In this document: positions 1 through 8,700 of the stretch, one piece after another
How positions within the stretch are numbered: the first letter of the stretch is position 1
How the letters are laid out: every line of letters begins with the position of its first letter
Assembly: GCA_036495045.1 (NCBI GenBank)
Contig: DASXNN010000093.1
Location: 27,583 to 91,582 of the forward strand
DNA length: 64,000 nucleotides
Source: Candidatus Udaeobacter sp.
GTDB taxonomy: Bacteria > Verrucomicrobiota > Verrucomicrobiia > Chthoniobacterales > UBA10450
Reading direction: 5' to 3'
Program-made: the position numbers and the translations under genes
Notes under the pieces: model-generated
The model's database searches: none
Seen by the model: only the letters and a program-made list of their open reading frames with translations
What the model was told of the DNA's origin: nothing

Positions 1-1
1 C

Positions 2-160
2 GGGCTGGGCTTCAACTATTACAAATCGCTTCAACGCAACGTCGATGCGGTGACGCTCGATGATATCAAGCGCGTAGCTGCGAAATATTTTCGTGATCAG
101 CCTTACGTTTTAGCGACTGTGCGACCGCCGCAGGGGGTCGCAGCCGCGAAACAGAAATGA
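2..160 (+). CDS. M16 (insulinase/pitrilysin)-family peptidase, C-terminal end only; 5' part lies outside the window
   Basis: Frame is open from the window edge to TGA at 158-160. Translation GLGFNYYKSLQRNVDAVTLDDIKRVAAKYFRDQPYVLATVRPP resembles the usual C-terminal tail of M16 zinc peptidases. Absent from the ORF track because no start lies in the window. Confidence 0.45.
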   Translation, partial: GLGFNYYKSLQRNVDAVTLDDIKRVAAKYFRDQPYVLATVRPPQGVAAAKQK

Positions 161-163
161 GCT

Positions 164-607
164 ATGGCTGAAGTCCAGACCAGCACCCAGAGCGGCGAGC
201 TTTCGCAGCGCTTCATCGAATTTGTGATGATGCATGCACAGAATGCCGCCCTTTTTCTTGGGCAGATTCCCAACCCAAAAACGGGCGAGGGTGAAGTGAA
301 CTTGGAACTGGCGAAGATGTTCATCGATCAATTGGCCATGATTCAGGAAAAAACGCGTGGAAATCTGACAAACGAAGAAACGACCGTGTTGCGCAATGCG
401 CTTTCCAATTTGCAGATGGCGTATGTCGAAGTTGCGCGGGAAGCGCCCAAAGGCACCGCACAGCCCAAGCCAACGGAACAATCCGTGGCGCCATCCCAAC
501 CGCCGGAACAAACATCGACAAGTAGACCGGAGCCGTCGGCGCCCATTAGTTCCACCGAATCTGAGACCGAATCAAAAAAGAAATTCACGAAGAGTTACGG
601 GCCTTGA
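164..607 (+). CDS. DUF1844 domain-containing protein
   Basis: 147-aa ORF. FIEFVMMHAQNAALFLGQIPNPKTGEGEVNLELAKMFIDQLAMIQEKTRGNLTNEE matches the DUF1844 signature as I remember it. Has a low-complexity P/S/T/E tail. Confidence 0.75.
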   Translation: MAEVQTSTQSGELSQRFIEFVMMHAQNAALFLGQIPNPKTGEGEVNLELAKMFIDQLAMIQEKTRGNLTNEETTVLRNALSNLQMAYVEVAREAPKGTAQPKPTEQSVAPSQPPEQTSTSRPEPSAPISSTESETESKKKFTKSYGP

Positions 608-653
608 TTGGTAGGGCGCGATCGTCGGGCACGCCGCTTTAATTCGCGGGCGC

Positions 654-1811
654 TTGCAGACCGCCGCTGCAGTTTCGACTCGCGAATTCAATTACGTGCA
701 TGCTTTGGTAAAAAATATTCGCAAAGAGGAAACGGAGAATGCCGATCGGAAGAATGGCGCCGATCCAATCGAAGCTGCTGAGGAAGCCGGATTGCGGTAT
801 GTCAGCGACAGTCAACCCGGTTACACGCGGAAAGCGAACGGGCAGGGCTTCGAGTATTTCGATACGGATAGAGAACCGATTCGTGACGAACAACGGCTGT
901 TGCGCATCAGTCGTCTCGCCATCCCTCCCGCATGGAGTGGCGTTTGGATTTGCCCTTCACCGAATGGACACATCCAAGCCACCGGCCGCGATGCCCGTGG
1001 CCGCAAACAATATGGTTATCATGAACGTTGGCGAGAAGTTCGGAACGAGGACAAGTACGATCGGATGATTAGCTTCGGAAAAGCGTTGCCGAAAATTAGA
1101 AAACGGGTGAAGAGAGATTTGGCTCTGGCTGGTCTGCAGAGGAGCAAAGTGCTCGGCACAATCGTGCTGCTTCTCGAACAAACGCTCATCCGGGTTGGCA
1201 ATGAAGAGTACGCGCGCGAAAACAACTCGTTCGGTCTCACGACCATGCAAGATCGACATGTGGACGTGGCTGGCTCGAAGCTACGTTTTCGTTTTCGAGG
1301 CAAAAGCGGGCGCGAACATGAAGTGGACGTAACTGATCGCCGCATCGCAAAGATTGTATCCAGATTGCAGGATTTGCCCGGTCAAGATCTGTTTCAATAC
1401 GTCGATGATAACGGGGAGGTGCGCGATATCACTTCCCAAGATGTGAACGAATATCTGCGCGAGATCACTGGCCAGGATTTCACGGCAAAGGATTTTCGCA
1501 CTTGGTCTGGAACAGTGCTCGCCGCCGTTGCGCTCAACGTCGTTGGTGCCTTTGAAACACAGAAGCAAGCTAAAGCCAACGTCAAAAGCGCGATTGGCGC
1601 GGTCGCAAAAATCCTCGGCAACACTCCGGCAGTTTGCCGGAAGTGCTACATCCATCCTGCCGTGCTCGAAACTTATTTAGAGGGAAATTTAATTGAGGGT
1701 TTGCGAAAACGAACGGGCAAAGACCTCGAAAAAAAAGGTGTCGATCTGCGCTTTGCCGAAGCAGCGATTTTAAGATTTTTGGCAACCGGCTTCCGCAAAA
1801 AGGCTGCCTGA
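654..1811 (+). CDS. DNA topoisomerase IB (bacterial poxvirus-like type)
   Basis: 385-aa ORF with LAIPPAWSGVWICPSPNGHIQATGRDARGRKQYGYH, LIRVGNEEYARENNSFGLTTM and FTAKDFRTWSGTV, typical of bacterial TopIB. Start is uncertain: TTG 654, GTG 696 or TTG 705, all in frame. Confidence 0.85.
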   Translation: MQTAAAVSTREFNYVHALVKNIRKEETENADRKNGADPIEAAEEAGLRYVSDSQPGYTRKANGQGFEYFDTDREPIRDEQRLLRISRLAIPPAWSGVWICPSPNGHIQATGRDARGRKQYGYHERWREVRNEDKYDRMISFGKALPKIRKRVKRDLALAGLQRSKVLGTIVLLLEQTLIRVGNEEYARENNSFGLTTMQDRHVDVAGSKLRFRFRGKSGREHEVDVTDRRIAKIVSRLQDLPGQDLFQYVDDNGEVRDITSQDVNEYLREITGQDFTAKDFRTWSGTVLAAVALNVVGAFETQKQAKANVKSAIGAVAKILGNTPAVCRKCYIHPAVLETYLEGNLIEGLRKRTGKDLEKKGVDLRFAEAAILRFLATGFRKKAA

Positions 1812-1824
1812 CAATCAGTAATAT

Positions 1825-2853
1825 CTATTCGCGGGAAAGGCTGCGCTGCGTCGGACTGGGAGTTGGCATGGCCTTTCTGCGTGTGCTCTTGCGGACATTG
1901 ATTGTTTGCCCGGTCGACGCCGTCGTCGAAGCTTGCCGTTGCTCTTGCGGATATTTTTTTGTGCTCGGCCAGATCAAACGCCACGGCTGCGTTTTTATCG
2001 TATCGCTGAATTCCTTGAGGTTTTGGCCGACCGGTCCGAGGTCGGTAACGGTGATTTTTAGCTTTTCCGACGACGCGCGAAGGTTTTGCAGCGTCAGCTC
2101 GATGTTATTATTTTCTGAAAGGCTGGTGCTGATCTTTTCGATGTTGGTAAGCGATTGCGAGAGCGCGCTATCTGGCGCGGTTAGATCGACAAGATGTGTC
2201 CCGAATGTCTTGAACTGACCGATCGCAAGGGTCAGCTCGGAATTTTCGTCGGTCAGGCGGTTCAGATTTTGCGCGGTCTGCTGAAGGTCTTTCATCGTAT
2301 TAGTGGCTTCGGCGGCGACCGGCTTAATGACTTCGAGCATCTTGGCTGCGGCGTCGCCCAGATCGGGAGTGCGTTCGCCAGCAAACATTTCTCCGTCCTT
2401 GGCTCGGCCGGAGCTTTCGGTCCCTTGGGTGATATCAATCGCCATGTCGCCAAGCACTCCAAGCTGCATCAACCGTGCCTTGGCGTCCCGATAAACCCTG
2501 GCGCTTTTATCTACCTGAACGTCGACGCGTACTTCGAATCTCGGCTTGTTCTCAGCCGGAGTGGGGCTGGCGTTTGGTTGAGGCGGGTGAATTGCCGCAT
2601 CGGCTTCCTGTGCGCTTTTCTCTTCTTTGGGCGACACGGGCGAGAATAATTTCTGGACCTGCCCGATTTTTCGGCCCGCCAACATAACCGGTGCGCCAAC
2701 TTTGATTCCGGCGGCGTTGTCAAAATACATTTTGTAGGTCACGAGCGGCCGGAAAAGCCCGGGAGCACCGAGCAGAATGAGAATAAAGACCAAAACAGCC
2801 ACCGTGCCTACCACCAAGACACCGGTCAGTATTTCATTTCTTTGTAATTGCAT
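1825..2853 (-). CDS. mlaD: MlaD/MCE-family substrate-binding protein with a long C-terminal helical extension
   Basis: N-terminal TM helix followed by an MCE-like region (YKMYFDNAAGIKVGAPVMLAGRKIGQVQKL). Overlaps the stop of the upstream ABC ATPase by 20 nt. At 342 aa it is about twice the E. coli MlaD length. Confidence 0.75.
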   Translation of the reverse strand: MQLQRNEILTGVLVVGTVAVLVFILILLGAPGLFRPLVTYKMYFDNAAGIKVGAPVMLAGRKIGQVQKLFSPVSPKEEKSAQEADAAIHPPQPNASPTPAENKPRFEVRVDVQVDKSARVYRDAKARLMQLGVLGDMAIDITQGTESSGRAKDGEMFAGERTPDLGDAAAKMLEVIKPVAAEATNTMKDLQQTAQNLNRLTDENSELTLAIGQFKTFGTHLVDLTAPDSALSQSLTNIEKISTSLSENNNIELTLQNLRASSEKLKITVTDLGPVGQNLKEFSDTIKTQPWRLIWPSTKKYPQEQRQASTTASTGQTINVRKSTRRKAMPTPSPTQRSLSRE

Positions 2854-3604
2854 CTTGGCTGTCTTTCAGAATAGGGCCCTGTGTACTTCCGCTCAAAAAC
2901 TGAGCCACCACCGGGTTCTTTGATTGTTTGAATTGCTCGGGTTCAGCGTCCTCAATGATTTTACCTTGATACAGCATAGCCATTCGCGTGCCGATGCGAA
3001 AGGCACTGTCCATTTCGTGCGTTACCGTGATCGACGTTACTTTCGATTTTTCGCTCAGGCTGATGATCAATTCGTCGATCACCGAAGCAATCACGGGATC
3101 CAGGCCGGCGGAGGGCTCGTCGAGAAGGACCAATTCGGGCTCCAGGACGAGCGAGCGCGCCAAACTTACTCGTTTGCGCATGCCGCCGCTTAGTTCCGAA
3201 GGCAGCAACTCCTTTGCATCCTGCATGCCGACGAGTTCGAGCTTTTGATCGACAATCTTGTCGATTTCTTTGCGCGATTTATCGGTGACCTCCTCCAGCG
3301 GCAGGGCGACGTTGTCCCGAACATTGCGCGAGCTAAGCAGCGCTGAGTATTGATAGACCATACCAATGCGTTGACGGACCCGCTGCAGTTTTCGGCGACG
3401 CAGCCGTGTAATTTCAAATTGTTTGAAAAAAATTGAACCGGAGTTCGGCTGCAGGATTCCGAGGACGAGACGCAAAATTGTGCTTTTGCCACTGCCGGTT
3501 TGGCCCATAATGACAAGGCGATCTTCCGGCTGAACCTTGAGCGACAGACCATCGAGCACTTTTTTTTCCTCGAAGTGCATGGACACGTCGCGCAGCTCGA
3601 CCAT
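2834..3604 (-). CDS. mlaF: ABC transporter ATP-binding protein, MlaF-like
   Basis: Walker A GQTGSGKST, signature LSGGMRKRVSLAR, Walker B LVLLDEPSAGLD. Start placed at the internal ATG (MVELRDVSMHF) at 3604, 18 nt after the mlaE stop. The 53 extra codons of the track ORF look like non-protein sequence. Confidence 0.85.
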   Translation of the reverse strand: MVELRDVSMHFEEKKVLDGLSLKVQPEDRLVIMGQTGSGKSTILRLVLGILQPNSGSIFFKQFEITRLRRRKLQRVRQRIGMVYQYSALLSSRNVRDNVALPLEEVTDKSRKEIDKIVDQKLELVGMQDAKELLPSELSGGMRKRVSLARSLVLEPELVLLDEPSAGLDPVIASVIDELIISLSEKSKVTSITVTHEMDSAFRIGTRMAMLYQGKIIEDAEPEQFKQSKNPVVAQFLSGSTQGPILKDSQDAITKK

Positions 3605-3621
3605 ATGAGAGTTCGATGCGT

Positions 3622-4482
3622 TCACGTGGGAAAAAATGTTGTGTAAACGATATTGTAGAGCGTATCGACACCGATCACGGTGGTAATAGCCGTGACAACG
3701 CTCGAGGTTGTGGCTGTGCCGACACCAGCAGCGCCGCCTTTCACGGTCAATCCCCGATAACACGCGATTGCGCTGATGAGCAGACCGAACATGAAGCTTT
3801 TGAGCACGCCGGTGATGATGTCGCGAATGAGTAACGCGTCTTTGACGAGGTCGAGGAAATAGGGGAAAGCGATGCTAAAATAGGCACGAGAGATCAAACT
3901 GCTGGCGAAGATCGCTGAGATGTTGGAGACGGTGGATAGACACGGCATCAGGAAAAACAATGCCAGCATGCGCGGTGCAACCAGGAATCGGAGCGGCCCA
4001 ATTCCCATAGCTTCAATCGCCTCGACTTCCTCGGAGACTTGCATTGTCCCGAGTTCCGCGGTGAAAGCTGCACCGATTCGCGCGGCCAACATGATACCGG
4101 TGAGGAGCGGACCAAGTTCCCGCGTAAACCCGATCGCAACCAGGCCGGGAATGAGACGTTCAGTGCCGAATCGCTGAAGCTGGTAACCAGTCAACAATGC
4201 CATCGTTAAACCGAGAAAGAACGAAACGAGTCCGACCAGCGGCACCGAGTCGACTCCCGCGCGTTCGGTGTGGCGAAAAAAACTGGCCGCGCGAAACGGT
4301 ACCCGTCCATGGCGAATCCGCTCAATTGCTTCTCCAAATGTGTTGGCAATGAACCAGAACATGCTGCCGACTTCGCGCAGGAAATTGCGGCCGAGCTGCC
4401 CGATTTCTTGCACTGCGAAGATTGGGTTTGCCGAAAGCGTTACGCCATTGGCAGCGCTTTTTTGGGTGTTGGCCATGGTCAC
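3622..4482 (-). CDS. mlaE: MlaE-family ABC transporter permease
   Basis: 286-aa polytopic membrane protein with the MlaE-type motif TRELGPLLTGIMLAARIGAAFTAELGTMQVSEEVEAIEAMGI. Confidence 0.85.
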   Translation of the reverse strand: MTMANTQKSAANGVTLSANPIFAVQEIGQLGRNFLREVGSMFWFIANTFGEAIERIRHGRVPFRAASFFRHTERAGVDSVPLVGLVSFFLGLTMALLTGYQLQRFGTERLIPGLVAIGFTRELGPLLTGIMLAARIGAAFTAELGTMQVSEEVEAIEAMGIGPLRFLVAPRMLALFFLMPCLSTVSNISAIFASSLISRAYFSIAFPYFLDLVKDALLIRDIITGVLKSFMFGLLISAIACYRGLTVKGGAAGVGTATTSSVVTAITTVIGVDTLYNIVYTTFFPT

Positions 4483-4752
4483 AGGAAGTTGCCTTAGTTC
4501 TCCCTCTGGAAAAGAAGAAAGTTAAAGCGTGTTCAACACTTCACCTCCTATGAAAGCTTCGACATGCGGCTTTCCAGTTATCAAGATCACCAGCCGCGTT
4601 GGCGAACTGATCAAGCGTGATATGAAATTTTTCGCGCACTAAATTGCTTCTTTGTCACCGTACTATTTAGTGCCGGGGCGATGGCGCTCGCTTAGGAGGA
4701 AGTAAGTCCTGCGCATCCTTCGTCCCAAAAGCGATAAGGCGACCAGCCAAGC

Positions 4753-5697
4753 ATGCAAACAAAGAATTTTGGACTCGTAGTGCATGGAGGCGCTGGAACG
4801 ATCAAGCGCAGCGAAATGACGTCAGAACGTGAACGCGAATATCGTGCCGGAATCAAGCGCGCTCTGTCGGCGGGTTACGAAATTCTCAAACGCGCCGGAT
4901 CGGGTCTCGACGCCACGGAGGCTGCTGTGCGCGTGTTCGAGGACGATCCGCATTTCAACGCGGGCCGTGGTTCCGTCTTTACGAACAGTGAGACGAATGA
5001 ACTTGATGCCGCTATTATGGACGGCAAAACGCTTGGAGCCGGCGCGGTCGCGAATTTGCGACATATCAAAAACCCGATTCTGCTCGCGCGACTCGTAATG
5101 GAAAAATCGCCGCACGTTATAATGGCCGGCGAAGGCGCGGAAGCCTTCGCGAAAGAAAACGGCATCGAAATTGTCGATCAAAAATATTTTTACACCCGGG
5201 AACGCTGGGATGCTTTGAAAAAAGTGAAAGCGGCAGAGAAAAGCGGCGCACCGGGCAGAAAGAAATTTATCATTTCCGATCAAGATCGACATGGTACCGT
5301 CGGGGCTGTCGCGCTCGATCAAAATGGGAATCTTGCAGCAGCGACTTCAACCGGCGGAACAACCAACAAGCGTGCCGGGCGCGTGGGCGATTCACCAGTC
5401 ATTGGCGCAGGCACTTACGCGAACAATGCGACGTGCGCGGTCTCCGCTACGGGTGATGGGGAGTATTTTATTCGCGCAACCGTCGGGCACGATGTTTCGG
5501 CCCTGATGGAATATCGGGGAATGTCGCTCAAGGAGGCTGCGCAAACGGTTCTTGATAAAGTGGCCAAGCTCGGCGGTACCGGCGGAATGATCGCGATTGA
5601 CCACCAAGGCAACATCGCCCTGCCATTCAATACTTCGGGATTGTACCGAGGCTACGCCGATACAACCGGCAAATTCGTAATCGAGATCTACAAATAG
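4753..5697 (+). CDS. iaaA: isoaspartyl peptidase / L-asparaginase (Ntn hydrolase)
   Basis: VHGGAGT at the N-terminus, autoprocessing-site context HGTVGAVALD, and GGTTNKRAGRVGDSPVIGAGTYA. Confidence 0.85.
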   Translation: MQTKNFGLVVHGGAGTIKRSEMTSEREREYRAGIKRALSAGYEILKRAGSGLDATEAAVRVFEDDPHFNAGRGSVFTNSETNELDAAIMDGKTLGAGAVANLRHIKNPILLARLVMEKSPHVIMAGEGAEAFAKENGIEIVDQKYFYTRERWDALKKVKAAEKSGAPGRKKFIISDQDRHGTVGAVALDQNGNLAAATSTGGTTNKRAGRVGDSPVIGAGTYANNATCAVSATGDGEYFIRATVGHDVSALMEYRGMSLKEAAQTVLDKVAKLGGTGGMIAIDHQGNIALPFNTSGLYRGYADTTGKFVIEIYK

Positions 5698-5702
5698 AGG
5701 AG

Positions 5703-5720
5703 CGCTCGCCGCGGCGAGCG
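5703..5720 (+). terminator. GC-rich perfect palindrome just after the iaaA stop; possible terminator or attenuating hairpin
   Basis: CGCTCGCCGCGGCGAGCG lies 6 nt after TAG 5695-5697. There is no clear U-tract, so confidence is low. Confidence 0.3.
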
Positions 5721-5762
5721 AATTAATCGATCACAAGCGAGACGCTTGTGCTATTTCACATC

Positions 5763-6473
5763 ATGCTACCCGCATTTTCGGTTGTTATTCCCTGCTTTAA
5801 CGAAGCCGCGAGCATCGGGACCACGATTCGGGCGACGCTGGATTATCTCCACAAAAATTCGCCGGAGAGCGAATTAATCGTTGTAAACGATGGCTCGACA
5901 GACGCAACAGGGAGGATCGCCCGCGGCGTTTTTTCGGCTGCGGAGCTCACCACCCGGCTGCTCGAAAATTTTCCAAATCGCGGGAAAGGGGCTGCCGTTC
6001 GTTCTGGTTTACTTGTCGCACGGAAACCGATCGCTCTGTTTTTCGATGCGGATCTGTCAACTCCTCTGGAGGAAATGCCCGCGGTGATCGAGCCAATTGC
6101 CATTGGCGACGTCGATATTGCGTTTGGGTCGCGGGCCTTGGATCGGCGGTTGATCGGTCAGCATCAACCGTGGCGGCGCGAGCAGGCTGGCCGCATTTTT
6201 AATCTGCTCGTTCGCCTGATCACAGGCCTTCCGTTTTGGGACACGCAATGTGGTTTCAAGGCATTCCGTATGGATGCGTGTCGCCCAATTTTGGGGGCCG
6301 CTCGCATCGATGGATTCGCCTTCGATGTCGAGCTCCTTTTTCTCGCGCGTCGCGCCGGATTACAGATCCGCGAAATACCCGTGCGCTGGAATCATTCCGC
6401 CGGCAGCAAGGTGCGCCTTTTTCAGGACAGCCTGCGGATGTTGAGGGAAATTGTCACCCTGCGACGGTTGTAG
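5763..6473 (+). CDS. family 2 glycosyltransferase (dolichyl/polyprenyl-phosphate sugar synthase-like)
   Basis: FSVVIPCFNEAASI, VVNDGSTDAT and FFDADLS (DXD-type) motifs. ATG 5763 preferred over the GTG 5748 of the track ORF. Confidence 0.8.
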   Translation: MLPAFSVVIPCFNEAASIGTTIRATLDYLHKNSPESELIVVNDGSTDATGRIARGVFSAAELTTRLLENFPNRGKGAAVRSGLLVARKPIALFFDADLSTPLEEMPAVIEPIAIGDVDIAFGSRALDRRLIGQHQPWRREQAGRIFNLLVRLITGLPFWDTQCGFKAFRMDACRPILGAARIDGFAFDVELLFLARRAGLQIREIPVRWNHSAGSKVRLFQDSLRMLREIVTLRRL

Positions 6474-6536
6474 CGACTTCGTTGTGCGAAGCGAACGCAG
6501 ATATAGGAACTTACGCGCGTTGCGCTGCACAAAAGC

Positions 6537-6571
6537 GGCGCGCAATTCGGCGCTTGCCGATTTTGCGCGCC
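6537..6571 (-). terminator. long interrupted hairpin between convergent genes; likely terminator for the minus-strand gene 6593-7000
   Basis: GGCGCGCAA (6537-6545) pairs with TTGCGCGCC (6563-6571). An inner stem TCGGC/GCCGA surrounds the loop gctt. On the minus strand it is followed by a TTTT run (complement of 6531-6534). Confidence 0.45.
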
Positions 6572-6592
6572 TCCACTTGAATTATTTCTTCC

Positions 6593-7000
6593 CTATTTCT
6601 TGACGATCTCGGCGTTCTCGATCATCGCGATTCCGCCGCGCTCCGCGATTTTGCCCTTCACCGTGATGTTCTTGCCACAGTATTCCGCGAGTTGATCGTT
6701 GATCGGCTTATGTTCGCCAACGACGAGGTATGCTTTGCCCTCGCTCACGATGCCAGCTGGGCCGCCCGATTTGATGCACTTTGCCCCGCACGATTGACCA
6801 TGTTTCTCGCCGACTGCGTTATGATCGACGTAACACATCATGTCCACCACTTCGCCCGTGACTTCTTTCGAAGCAGCTGCGTCTTTTTCCTGCTCGTGTT
6901 CTTGCGCAACGGCAAGCGGAGAAATCGCTGAGGCCACGACGAAAGTTGCAGCGACTGCAAATTTCGAAACAGTGGATTTGCCAGATATTGAGTTAATCAT
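6593..7000 (-). CDS. secreted hypothetical protein with conserved-looking Cys residues
   Basis: 135-aa ORF with a signal-peptide-like N-terminus (AVAATFVVASAISPLAVA). The mature part carries C..(x16)..C..C and a later C. I recognise no family. Confidence 0.55.
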   Translation of the reverse strand: MINSISGKSTVSKFAVAATFVVASAISPLAVAQEHEQEKDAAASKEVTGEVVDMMCYVDHNAVGEKHGQSCGAKCIKSGGPAGIVSEGKAYLVVGEHKPINDQLAEYCGKNITVKGKIAERGGIAMIENAEIVKK

Positions 7001-7097
7001 GCACTAAATGTCGGCACCTTTTTGTGTCGGTCAATCAGAGCCGTTTGTCATTTCAAACTCGCTCGACACGACAAAACTAGATTTCGGCAATCACGCC

Positions 7098-8240
7098 CTA
7101 TCCTTGCGCTTCGATCAAATCTGCGAATTGCTCGAAGAAATATGAGGCGTCATGAGGACCGGGCGCTGCTTCGGGGTGATATTGGACGCTGAAGATCGGC
7201 AATTCCTTGTGCCGCATCCCTTCGACAGTGCCGTCATTTAAATTGATGTGGGTGACTTCGACGTTGGCCGGGAGTGAGTCAGGGTCGACCGCGAAACCAT
7301 GATTTTGCGCAGTGATCGCGACTTTGCTGCTTCGTAAGTCTTTGACTGGCTGATTCGCGCCGCGATGCCCGAATTTCAATTTGAATGTTGATCCACCGCA
7401 GGCGACGCCAAGGATCTGATGGCCGAGACAAATCCCGAAGATCGGTTTCTTGCCCATTAATCTGCGCACAGCTTCATGCGCATACGGGAGAGCGGCTGGA
7501 TCGCCGGGTCCGTTCGAAAGAAAAATTCCGTCGAGATCGAGGGCAAGCACCTCTTCTGCGGTTGTCGCTGCCGGAACAACCGTCACGCTGAAGCCTTTCT
7601 GGCGCAGCAGGCGCAGAATATTTTCTTTGATGCCATAATCGTAGGCGGCAATGCGAAATCGGATTGGGGGAAGGGCGGGTTTGCTTCCGCCGCTATCGCG
7701 CGCAATCGACCACGGCGCGCTTAACGTATCGTCAGGATCCCACTGATAAATTTCGTGAGTGGACACTTCGCGCACGTAATCCATCCCAATCACCCCTTGG
7801 CCTTTGATTGCCCGTTGCACCGCTTCCTGCGGCGAAATCTCTTCCGTTGTTAAACAAGCTTTCATTGCGCCGCGGGTGCGTAAATGCCGCGTTAATGCGC
7901 GTGTGTCGACTCCCTGGACGCCCGGGACGTCCCATTTTCGCAAATAGTCGTCAAGCGACATTTCGGACCGCCAGCTGCTCGGCATCTCACTTAATTCCTC
8001 AATCACAAATCCACGCACCTGTGGCGAGCGGCTTTCCTGGTCGAGCGAATTAGTCCCGTAATTGCCGATCAACGGATAAGTCATCGCCACAATCTGTCCG
8101 CGATACGAGGGATCGGTCAGCACCTCCTGGTAACCGGTCATCGCGGTGTTAAAGCAAATCTCACCTCCTCGGGTGCCGCCTGCGCCAAATGATTCGCCCT
8201 CGAAGAACCGACCATCTTCCAAAGCGAGAAGCGCACGCAT
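7098..8240 (-). CDS. carA: carbamoyl-phosphate synthase small (glutamine amidotransferase) subunit
   Basis: [46 protein letters not shown]-terminus. GATase triad context GICLGHQ and HPEA. Confidence 0.95.
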   Translation of the reverse strand: MRALLALEDGRFFEGESFGAGGTRGGEICFNTAMTGYQEVLTDPSYRGQIVAMTYPLIGNYGTNSLDQESRSPQVRGFVIEELSEMPSSWRSEMSLDDYLRKWDVPGVQGVDTRALTRHLRTRGAMKACLTTEEISPQEAVQRAIKGQGVIGMDYVREVSTHEIYQWDPDDTLSAPWSIARDSGGSKPALPPIRFRIAAYDYGIKENILRLLRQKGFSVTVVPAATTAEEVLALDLDGIFLSNGPGDPAALPYAHEAVRRLMGKKPIFGICLGHQILGVACGGSTFKLKFGHRGANQPVKDLRSSKVAITAQNHGFAVDPDSLPANVEVTHINLNDGTVEGMRHKELPIFSVQYHPEAAPGPHDASYFFEQFADLIEAQG

Positions 8241-8370
8241 TGGCCGTGATTGTCGGTCTTATGGGCGGGTTTTCAAATGCGTGATCGGATGAACCGATGA
8301 ACTCGTGAAGCGATCTGGTGATTTTCATCTCCGCTTCAACTTTTCAACCCTTTAACGCATCAACGAAAAA

Positions 8371-8400
8371 CCCGAATCGAGAATTTCGATTTCGGGTTTT
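8371..8400 (-). terminator. intrinsic terminator, bidirectional in appearance; most likely ends the rplT-pheST transcript
   Basis: CCCGAATCGA (8371-8380) and TCGATTTCGGG (8386-8396) form a stem of about 10 bp with one bulge. It is flanked by AAAAA upstream and TTTTT downstream, so both strands read hairpin plus U-run. Confidence 0.75.
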
Positions 8401-8700
8401 TCAAATTTTTACCCCGCCGGTGCCGTTTAGGCGGATCTCCCGTTCCCTTTCAGTAACGGGCGGATGACCGTCGCCGCAGCGTCTGACTTCCAATTAAGGC
8501 CTGTCATGTTCTCCGCGCGACCGAGCCTCCTCAAGTTAGTCAATTATCGGTTCGGGAATCCCACCTGTAATCTCGAACATCGCAGGGTAAATGTTTACAT
8601 CCCGAGAACATTCGGGATCATGAGAGCCGCTGGTTGAGAGTTGAGAGAAAAGCACTGGTTTCCTGCCCAACCCTCAACGAGCGACTCTCCTCTCAAAGAA

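Noticed and set aside
8401-8700. Assignment of the pheT-carA spacer RNA to tmRNA, SRP (4.5S), 6S or RNase P RNA
   Set aside because: None of the diagnostic motifs are present on either strand. These would be the tmRNA tRNA-like end and tag ORF, the SRP GGAA/AGCA helix-8 motif, or RNase P GAGGAAAGUCC. It is kept only as an unassigned structured region.
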